NCBI RefSeq assembly: GCF_006345805.1
Contig: NW_021827130.1
Location: 1 to 11,231, forward strand
Direction of reading: 5' to 3'
Origin: Octopus sinensis
Lineage: Eukaryota
DNA: 11,231 nt
Part shown: positions 1 to 7,494 of the stretch, piece by piece
How the letters are laid out: the number at the start of each line of letters is the position of its first letter
Numbering within the stretch: the first letter of the stretch is position 1
Translations under genes and position numbers: made by a program
Notes under the pieces: model-generated
Databases searched by the model: none
Told to the model about the DNA's origin: nothing
What the model saw: the letters and a program-made list of their open reading frames with translations, nothing else

Positions 1-51
1 TTTTCTTTTATATTTTCTTGCTGATTTATTTTATTTTACAAATTTGTATAA

Positions 52-241
52 GGACATGCGTGGCTGTGAGGTTAAGAAACTTCCTTCTCAATCGACCGAC
101 CCCTTGAATTCAGGTTCAGTCTCTCTGTGTGGCACCTTGGGTAAGTATTTCCTATTATAACCCTGTGGGACCAAGCCTTGTGAGTTGATACAATAGATGG
201 GAACTGAAAGAATCACATGTGTGTGTGTATATATATAGATA
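52..241 (+). mobile_element. Degraded 5' half of tRNA-derived SINE family A, ending in its internal (TG)/(TA) tract
   Basis: 58-213 aligns by eye with the head of the intact copy at 10266-10410 (gtggctgtg..ggttcagtc..tggcaccttggg..ccaagccttgtgagt..gaactgaaagaa), then runs into tgtgtg/tatata. Confidence 0.75.
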
Positions 242-245
242 TATA

Positions 246-318
246 GCCTCCATAGCTCAGTGGTTAGAGCACTGGTCTCGTAAACCAGGGGTCATGAGTT
301 CAATTCTCATTGGTGGCA
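246..318 (+). tRNA. tRNA-Thr(CGT) gene or tRNA-derived head, near-intact cloverleaf
   Basis: Acceptor GCCTCCA/TGGTGGC with one mismatch (T249:T314) and discriminator A318; D arm GCTC/GAGC; anticodon arm CTGGT/ACCAG with loop CTCGTAA (CGT at 279-281); T arm ATGAG/CTCAT with loop TTCAATT; T5 run at 327-331. Confidence 0.85.
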
Positions 319-411
319 GAAGGCTATTTTTAATGCTTTTAATGGCGGTGCCCCAGCATGGCCACAGCTCGTGAGCTGAAACTAGATAAAATAAAATAAA
401 ATTAAAAAAAA
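246..411 (+). mobile_element. Composite short retroposon: tRNA-Thr head, SINE-A-like 3' tail and (TAAAA)n/A tail
   Basis: 340-386 (taatggcggtgccccagcatggccacag..ctgaaactag) matches the SINE A tail at about 10607-10652 (taaaggcggtgctccagcatggctgcag..ctgaaacaag); (TAAAA)n/A run at 387-411; flanked by TA-rich tracts. Confidence 0.65.
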
Positions 412-488
412 TATATACAACATACAATATTATACATATATATATATATATACATACATACATATATATATATATACACATGCATATA
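412..488. repeat. (TA)/(TACA) microsatellite
   Basis: Direct reading. Confidence 0.9.
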
Positions 489-532
489 TGGGTACAGGAC
501 GTCACCAACGGTGCAAATAACGTGAAATATGC

Positions 533-612
533 ATGTCTGTGGAGTACTCAGCCACTTGTCACATTAATTCCATGAGGCAACTGGAACCCTTGTCGTGTAA
601 CTGATGGACACC
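533..612 (+). mobile_element. Fragment of the 3' region of the SINE family seen at 8783-9172
   Basis: 535-557 gtctgtggagtactcagccactt vs 9061-9083 gtctgtggagtgctcagccactt (22/23), followed by similar ttaatt.ca.gag and ctggaacccttgtcgt / ccggagccctcgtcgt blocks. Confidence 0.7.
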
Positions 613-614
613 AC

Positions 615-866
615 CATGTGTACGTGTTACCGTCTCCTAGCCTTGAACTTGCATTGATAGTCCGTAAACAAGCACCACTGTCCTACAAGCAGTGTCGTTT
701 ATGTCCAACCTTCCACATCTGTCCATGAGGAAATGACCTCACTTGGAAATTACCTCCCTTGGAAACAAGCGAGGATTGGCAGCAGGAAGGGCATCCAGCT
801 GTTGTTAGATCTGCTTCAATAACAAATTCTTCCTGCTCCATGGAAAAGTGGACATGAAAACGATGT
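615..866 (+). mobile_element. Degraded SINE body/tail, possibly an alternative 3' half of the element starting at 52
   Basis: Blocks ggaagggcatccagctgt and ccatggaaaagtggac..aaaacgatg resemble my recollection of a common octopus SINE/RTE-type tail. There is no second copy in the window to confirm this. Confidence 0.4.
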
Positions 867-1191
867 AATGTCTTCTGCTGTGAGTGATGTTTTTATATTT
901 CTACAGACACAAATCATCACTTTGCTCCCGGCAACTTTACTCGTTTGGCCAACCAACTTTATTTTCTTTTCAGTTTTGGTTTTTGTTGAAAGAAACCAGA
1001 TCTCCTCGGCTCTTTGCTTTTTGGGTTTCTTTTAATTTTTTTGGAATTTTTTCTTTTATGAAAGATTTGATTTGTTCATGCCGGAGACGTACATGGAAAA
1101 TGGTTAATTTTAAGCAAGAAATATTCAACTTTAAAAGAAAAGAAAACAAACGATTGTTGTTAGAGTGATGCGTAGAAGCATGGGTATATTT

Positions 1192-2180
1192 CTGTGTGTA
1201 TGTGTGTGAATGTGTAGGTGTGTGATTGTGTGAAAGTGTGTGTGTGTGTGTGTGTCTGTGAGAATGTGTGTGTGTGTGTGTGTGTGTGAATGGTGTATGC
1301 ATATGAATATGTGTATGTGAATGTGTGTGTATGAATGTGGGTGTGTGTGTGAATGTGTACATGTGTGTGAATGTGTAGGTGTGTATTATGTGTGTGAATA
1401 TGTATGAGTGTGATTGTGTGAAAGGGTGTGTGTGTCTGTGTGAATGTGTGTGTGTGTGTGTGTGTGTGTGAATGGTGTATGCATATGAATATGTGTGTGA
1501 ATGTGTGTGTATGAATGTGGGTTGTGTGTGTGAATGTGTACATGTGTGTGAATGTGTAGGTGTGTATTATGTGTGTGAATATGTATGAGTGTGATTGTGT
1601 GAAAGGGTTGTGTGTGTCTGTGTGAATGTGTGTGTGTGTGTGAATGGTGTATGCATGTGAATATGTGAATGTGAATGGTGCATGCATGGGAATATGTGTA
1701 TGTGAATGTGTGTGTATGAATGTTGGTGTGTGAATGTGTACATGTGAGTGAATGTGTATGTGTTGATTATATGAAAGTGTGTGTGTGTGTGTGTGTGTGT
1801 GAATGGTGTATGCATGTGAATATGTGTGGGCGAATGGTGTACATGTGAATATATGTATGTGATGTGTGTTATGAATGTGTTGTGTGAATGTGTACATGTG
1901 AGTGAATGTGTGTTTTGTGATTGTGTGAAAGTGTGGTTTGTGTGTGTGAATGGTGTATGCATGTGACTATGTGTATGTGAATGTATGTGTGTGAATGTGT
2001 GTGTGTGTGTGTGAATGTGTATGTCTATGTGTGTGTTCGGCAGAGAACCGGAAACAAAACGTTTGAATAATATATTTTTGTGTGTGTGCATGTGTGTGTA
2101 TGTGTGTGTGCATGAATATGTATATATGTTTGTGTGTATGTGTGTATGTGCGTGTGTGTGCATATCTAGTATGTGTATAC
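1192..2180. repeat. Complex (TG)n/TGAA minisatellite with roughly 180-200 bp higher-order units
   Basis: Recurring anchors gaatgtgtacatgtg (ending near 1360, 1541, 1741, 1895), gaatggtgtatgcat and gtgattgtgtgaaag. Confidence 0.9.
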
Positions 2181-2200
2181 ACAGAGATATATAAAAAGCA

Positions 2201-2466
2201 GTGGAGGTGCGTGGCTTAGTGGTAAGGGTGTCAGCATCATGATCTTAAGATTGTGGTTTCGATTCCTGGACCGGGCGACACGTTGTGTTCTTGAGCAAAA
2301 CACTTCATTTCACGTTGCTCCAGTCCACTCAGCTGGCAAAAATGAGTAACGCTGTGATGGACTGGCAGGACGCCAGTCCATCTGGGGAACACATATGCCA
2401 TTGAAACCAGGAAACCGGGCCCATGAGTCTGGCTAGGCTTTAAAAGTGCGCATTTATTTATTATTC
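2201..2466 (+). mobile_element. tRNA-derived SINE with CORE/V-like central block and 12-bp TSD
   Basis: A box TGGCTTAGTGG 2212-2222; B-box-like GGTTTCGATTCC 2255-2266; ttgtgttcttgagcaaaacactt..cagctggcaaaaatgagta resembles CORE/V domains; perfect TSD ATATAAAAAGCA at 2189-2200 and 2467-2478. Confidence 0.85.
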
Positions 2467-2476
2467 ATATAAAAAG

Positions 2477-2522
2477 CACACACACTAACACACACACACA
2501 CACTAACACACACACACACATA
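2477..2522. repeat. (CA)n microsatellite with CTAA interruptions
   Basis: Direct reading. Confidence 0.9.
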
Positions 2523-2785
2523 TACTCTTTACTCTTTTACTTGTTTCAGTCATTTGACTGCGGCCATCCTGGAGACCACCTTTAGTCGAGCAAATCGACC
2601 CCGGGACTTATTCTTTGTAGCCGAGCTACTTATTCTATCGGTCTCTTTGCCGAACCGCTAAGTTACGGGGGACGTAACACAACCAGCATCGGTTTGTCCA
2701 CAATGCTAGGGGACAAACACAGACACACAAACACACACACATACATATATATATATATAATATATAATATATATATATATATATA
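2523..2785 (-). mobile_element. SINE family A, 3' half plus internal (CA)/(TA) tract, interrupted by the Penelope-like element
   Basis: 2523-2728 is collinear with about 9367-9575 of the uninterrupted copy (tactcttttacttgtttcagtcatttgactg..gggacaaacacagacacac). Confidence 0.9.
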
Positions 2786-2831
2786 ATCTATACACTATGT
2801 TACATTATCTACTTTACTTTACTCAACTCGG

Positions 2832-2905
2832 TAGTCAAGATAAAACTCTGAGTTTCAGATGCCGAAGTGGAAATCCACAACACCATCTCTTCGGTTATCT
2901 GGCTA
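2832..2905 (-). ncRNA. Type I hammerhead ribozyme-like motif (PLE sense strand), better-preserved copy
   Basis: Minus strand: stem I AGATAA (2900-2895); core CCGAAGA (2894-2888); stem II GATG..GTGG-ATTT-CCAC..CATC; T; GAAA (2856-2853); CTC-A-GAG; GUU triplet (H17 = 2844); TTATCT (2843-2838). It deviates from canonical CUGANGA at position 4 and has one extra nt before GAAA. Confidence 0.65.
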
Positions 2906-3093
2906 TTTGAAAACGTTATGAAAAAATACCGTTAAAAATGAAGGGAAATTACTCTGTTATAACTCTGCTTTGCCTGCGTACTTATACATCGCTCGCATTT
3001 TTTTCGTCATAAAAATTATATAAAATACATAAAAATATATAAAAATATATAAAAATATATAAAATCTTCTTGGACATAACACAGAAAGCATTT

Positions 3094-4519
3094 CTATCCG
3101 TTTTCTTTAGGGGACCAAAAACGTAACAGAAATTTAGTCACATGTGGGCATGATCCGAAAAGCTCTGTCCTTGTAGTTAGACATGTGGTAGGGTCTAAGC
3201 TGCTTTTCCAGATAAGCCATCATCTCTCCATGTCGCATAAACCGCACCTTCCGCTGCCGTTAGTATAGGGCTTACATCTGGCCAAAATCTTCCATTGTAT
3301 GTTATAATCGACACCTTTATCTCTTAAAGACCAAATATGATTGGATAATTGTGTCGCTTTTCTTTTGTTCCAGTGCCTAAAGCTCAAAGTGTGGTTATTG
3401 AACCTGGCCTTGAAATTACCCTCTGTCAGGCCCACGTATTTCTTCGTCGAAACGGTGTCTTTAGTGGTTATAGAGTTTACGGTAGCTTCATATATGATGG
3501 TCTTGGACATGCAAGCTCCATTTAGCGGGCACAATTCTTTATTCCTGCATGAACAGCTTTTTCTTCTTGTGTTTTTTTTTGTATGTTATGATTGATTATG
3601 TTTTTAAAATTGGTAGTTGAACTAAAACTAATTTTTAAATTGTGTCTATTAAGAGTTTCCTATAAGCATGGTTAACTGGAAAATGTCTATCTATCAGTGC
3701 TAGGAATATTTACCTATATTGAAGGCCACCTCGGGTGAGTAAGGGGGCGTAAACCAGATGACCTTCCTATTTCTATTATTCCTTTTCCTTATTGTTGGGC
3801 TGGTGATAGGATGTATATTTTATTTTTTCGCTAAAACCACTATCTTTAAAGCTTTATTATAAACTGGGGCAACGCTATTGAAGATGTCCTCATTAGATGA
3901 GAGGCTAGAAATCCTCTTACTAATATTTTTAACTAAATTTTTGAATACTATAGGGGGATGGCATGAACCTACATTAATATAACTTAGTCTATCATTGGGC
4001 TTCCTATAAGGCTTATAAATATTATTATTAAGATCTAAGGAAACGTCTAAGAAATTGACAACCGTCAGGTAGTGTCTATAGTTATACTAAGTCCGAAGTG
4101 TTTCATTAACTGGATAATATCCTCCTAAAACGATCTTGTGCTGGTCCATTTGTATTAGCTGTTAAGGCGAGGGCATCATCTTTGTAGATGGCGAAATGTA
4201 CGTTAGGGAATGTCTTACCGAAGGTATCTAGGAGAAAGAGTCCATTAGATCACAGATGCCTGCCCCATCATATGAACCCATGCTCACATCGAAAGCGCCC
4301 TCCGTGTCGGTGTTTTTTTACCCACTTTGCATTCTCACTGAAAAGTAATGTCTTTCTAGCATGGAAGATTATATCCTTATCATTGGTACTAATTTCTATG
4401 AAGTCACTAGCGAAGATTAGGGCTTTATCTAGCAGTTCTTTAGAGATAGAGGCATAAAAATCAACAATATCGAATTGTGTAAACCTCGCTTTTTTCTTAT
4501 TCTTAATAGCTTTAAACTT
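3094..4519 (-). pseudogene. Frameshifted PLE RT/GIY-YIG ORF remnant
   Basis: Continuous protein similarity needs about 9 single-base indel corrections (near 4313-4319, 4242, 4121, 4070, 3845, 3785, 3705, 3651, 3560) and there is an in-frame TGA at 3220-3222. The natural stop at 3094-3096 corresponds to 5178-5180 in the other arm. Confidence 0.88.
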
Positions 4520-4521
4520 AA

Positions 4522-5530
4522 TGGTTTTACGCCCCCTTACTCACCCGAGGTGGCCTTCAATATAGGTAAATATTTCCTAGCACTGATAGATAGACATTTT
4601 CCAGTTAACCATGCTTATAGGAAACTCTTTAATAGACACAATTTAAAAATTAGTTTTAGTTCAACTACCAATTTTAAAAACATAATCAATCATAACATAC
4701 AAAAAACACAAGAAGAAAACAGCTGTTCATGCAGGAATAAAGAATTGTGCCCGCTAAATGGAGCTTGCATGTCCAAGACCATCATATATGAAGCTACCGT
4801 AAACTCTATAACCACTAAAGACACCGTTTCGACGAAGAAATACGTGGGCCTGACAGGGTAATTTCAAGGCCAGGTTCAATAACCACACTTTGAGCTTTAG
4901 GCACTGGAACAAAAGAAAAGCGACACAATTATCCAATCATATTTGGTCTTTAAGAGATAAAGGTGTCGATTATAACATACAATGGAAGATTTTGGCCAGA
5001 TGTAAGCCCTATACTAACGGCAGCGGAAGGTGCGGTTTATGCGACATGGAGAGATTGCTTATCTGGAAAAGCAGCTTAGACCCTACCACATGTCTAAATA
5101 CAAGGACAGAGCTTTTCGGATCATGCCCACATGTGACTAAATTTCTGTTACGTTTTTGGTCCCCTAAAGAAAACGGATAGAACATGCTTTCTGTGTTATG
5201 TCCCAGAAGATTTTATATATTTTTATATATTTTTATATATTTTTATGTATTTTTATATAATTTTTATGACGAAAAATGCGAGCGATGTATAAGTACGCAG
5301 GCAAAGCAGAGTTATAACAAGAGTAATTTCCCTTCATTTTTAACGGTATTTTTTCATAACGTTTTCAAATAGCCAATAACCGAAGAGATTGTGTTGTGAT
5401 TTCCACTTCGGCATCTGAAACTCAGAGTTTTATCTTGACTACGAGTAATGTAACATATTGTATAGATAAATTTCCTCTATTTACATAATATTGAGGTCTC
5501 TTTCTTTCTTTTTTATCTTACCGTTTTAAA
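4522..5530 (+). mobile_element. Inverted copy of the PLE 3' end (inverted pseudo-LTR-like arm): linker, GIY-YIG, 3' UTR and terminus
   Basis: 4522-5467 is the reverse complement of 2786-3756 apart from scattered small indels and substitutions (e.g. 2-nt loss near 4857). It has about 63 extra terminal nt (5468-5530) before the (TA)n tract. Confidence 0.92.
5369..5441 (+). ncRNA. Hammerhead-like motif, second more degenerate copy
   Basis: Core CCGAAGA 5380-5386, GAAA 5417-5420, CTCAGAG 5421-5427, H17 = 5429. Stem I lacks a G, and stem II has a G>T change (5390) and a missing G. Confidence 0.5.
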
Positions 5531-5538
5531 TATATAAT

Positions 5539-5612
<74 letters not shown>

Positions 5613-5647
5613 CATATATATATAATAATATATATATATACATATAT
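5531..5647. repeat. Imperfect (TA)n tract, remainder of the SINE A internal microsatellite
   Basis: Direct reading; lies between the PLE end and the SINE A 5' half. Confidence 0.9.
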
Positions 5648-5801
5648 ACGACAGGCTTCTTTCAGTTTCCGTCTACCAAATCCACTCACATGGCATTGGT
5701 CGGCCCGTGGCTACAGCAGAAGACACTTGCTCAAGTGCCACGCAGTGGGACTGAACCCGGAACCATTTGGTTGTTAGGCAAGCTACTAACCACACAGCCA
5801 C
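5648..5801 (-). mobile_element. SINE family A, 5' half (tRNA-related head), continuing the copy at 2523-2785
   Basis: Collinear with 9610-9765 (acgac.g.cttctttcagtttccgtctaccaaatcca..gggactgaacccggaacca..ccacacagccac). Confidence 0.9.
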
Positions 5802-6044
5802 ATGATGATGATGATGATGATAATTTGACGTAGATAAGTGTGAAAGGAAACTGGAATGGAATGTCCTGTAGTACTTCAGAAATGAATGCCTCTTAGGAAC
5901 AGGAAAGCATCATGAGGGCTTTGAGCACTTGATGGCTTATTGTAATCATGAGGATCTCTAAGGTTACTGGAAGTAATCCAGTAGCCACTTAAGCCCTGCC
6001 AGGAAGAAGACCAATCCCCGAAACAAGTTGACTAATAATAATGA

Positions 6045-6047
6045 TAC

Positions 6048-6083
<36 letters not shown>

Positions 6084-6119
6084 CACCACTACTACTACTA
6101 CCACCACCACCACCACCAG

Positions 6120-6150
<31 letters not shown>

Positions 6151-6206
6151 TGCACTACTACTACCACCACCACCACCACTACTACTACTACTACTACCAC
6201 CACCTG

Positions 6207-6257
<51 letters not shown>

Positions 6258-6260
6258 CTG

Positions 6261-6307
<47 letters not shown>

Positions 6308-6309
6308 AC

Positions 6310-6339
<30 letters not shown>
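6045..6339. repeat. Compound (TAC)n/(CAC)n then (AAT)n microsatellite
   Basis: Direct reading; TGC interruptions at 6151, 6205 and 6259; (AAT)n at about 6310-6339. Confidence 0.95.
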
Positions 6340-6340
<1 letters not shown>

Positions 6341-6791
6341 CCAATGCACACAGATAGAGAAATTAAGGCCAACATGTCAGATATAGTTGTCAGAGATCAT
6401 GAAGAAGAAAATTGCTTTCTAATTGAAGTATCAATTCTAACAGATGACAACATTTCTCTAAAAGAAATGGAGAAACTTTCAAAATACAAAGACCTGGAAA
6501 TAGAGGTAACTCTAATGTGGAATCTAAGAACAGAAACAATTCCTATCTTAGTGGGCGCATTAGGTATGATAAAAAAAAGATATTCAGACAAATACATAAC
6601 AAAAACACCAGGACTTACAAATATATATAACATACAGAAAATTGCACTACTGGGCACTGCACACATCCTACGCAAAACACTTTCAATAAAGTAACCATCA
6701 GATTATCACAACAAATCACAGCACATACCCAAGGCACACAGAGCTGCGATCGGTAGTGAAGTGAAAGCACGTTATAAAAATAAAACTACTG
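6340..6791 (+). mobile_element. 5'-truncated R4/Dong-like non-LTR retrotransposon 3' end with restriction-like endonuclease (RLE) remnant
   Basis: 6340-6694 reads TDREIKANMSDIVVRD..LIEVSI..KEMEKLSKYKDL..MW..PILVGALG..LLGTAHILRK, the PD-(D/E)xK RLE C-terminus (canonical RPD appears as MSD). About 97 nt of 3' UTR follow; (AAT)n lies on both sides (6310-6339, 6792-6806). Confidence 0.85.
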
Positions 6792-6806
6792 AATAATAAT
6801 AATAAT

Positions 6807-7264
6807 AGATGGGCCACAGCAAATATTCTGCGCAATACCACAGATTTGCTTGTCAGTTGTTTGACCATAACCAGTTGAGCATGTCCCTTAGTGTCTGATG
6901 ATATGTGCATCTCTGATCACAAACAGAAGTAGTGGGGGAGCATCATAGCCATGTGTTGAGAGGAATTCTTTGGGGTTGGATAATTCACCTCTGGAAACAT
7001 GGGTGTTTCATTCAACATTCTTAACACACCCTTATTCAGGGACCTTTTGAGTGTGTGATGGGTTACTCGACCAGAAGAAATTCTAACTGGGCCCCACCTG
7101 CAAGGTCATGTGCTGTTTATCTTGATTGAGATCACCATGTCGCGCATATGGTTGTGATGCATGTGCCTGGTGTACCTTATCAGACGGGTAGTCATGATGG
7201 GTATATTGGGCTTCGTATATTTTACCCCAGTGTCACTTTGATGGCATGCACTGCTCTCTCACTC
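6807..7264 (+). mobile_element. Second interspersed element inserted in the (AAT)n tract; probably a LINE 3' end or non-autonomous derivative
   Basis: Non-repetitive 458-bp block bounded by (AAT)n on both sides; its start encodes TANILRN, similar to TAHILRK at the end of the adjacent RLE ORF. It resembles my recollection of a high-copy octopus repeat; strand is inferred. Confidence 0.55.
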
Positions 7265-7308
<44 letters not shown>

Positions 7309-7494
7309 TAGTGGTAGTAGTAATAATAATAATAATAATATAATAATAATAATAATAATAACAACAATAATAATAATAATAACACTAATAATGATAATGA
7401 TGATGATGATGATGATGAGGAGGAGGAGGATGAGGATGACGACGACGATGATGAGGATAATAATAATAATAATAATAACAACAATAATAATAAT
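7265..7494. repeat. Compound (AAT)n/(GAT)n/(GAG)/(GAC) trinucleotide microsatellite
   Basis: Direct reading. Confidence 0.95.

Larger units (their letters stand above)
2786..4521 (-). mobile_element. 5'-truncated Penelope-like element (PLE), main copy: RT core, GIY-YIG and 3' UTR; Nematis-like (inferred)
   Basis: The minus strand reconstructs RT motifs FTQFDIVDFYASI, FDVSMGSYDGA, YKDD (4186-4175), VNFLDVSLDL, YRKPND..HPP, then VIWFTPPYS, CSC..CPLNGAC and GIY-YIG IIYEATV..YVGLTEGNFKARFNNH. Confidence 0.92.

Noticed and set aside
884-1168. 94-aa plus-strand ORF
   Set aside because: It is low-complexity T/A-rich sequence with no recognisable domain.
970-2182. Long His/Thr-rich ORFs (130, 245, 198 and 71 aa) on the minus strand
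   Set aside because: They are translations of the (CA)n-type minisatellite, which lacks stops by composition.
3220-3222. In-frame TGA in GIY-YIG as possible selenocysteine recoding
   Set aside because: The other arm has TTG CTT here without the extra 3 nt, so it is a local lesion or sequencing error. No SECIS was recognised.
4188-4457. 89-aa plus-strand ORF, and likewise 3341..3595, 4754..4936 and 6397..6675
   Set aside because: They are antisense shadows of the RT, GIY-YIG or RLE coding frames.
2786-5467. Possibility that the inverted repeat is a fold-back read chimera
   Set aside because: The flanks are not mirrored. The two SINE A halves continue in one orientation on either side and a unique 765-bp spacer separates the arms. 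Read-level confirmation is still advisable.
2786-5530. Reading the unit as a DNA transposon with long TIRs
   Set aside because: The internal coding is RT plus GIY-YIG with no DDE transposase, and the arms are themselves coding 3' ends.
5964-6375. Poly-Val, poly-Ser, poly-Thr and poly-Leu/Pro ORFs, including the N-terminal half of 6041..6694
   Set aside because: They are trinucleotide microsatellite read-through; only 6340-6694 has real protein similarity (RLE).
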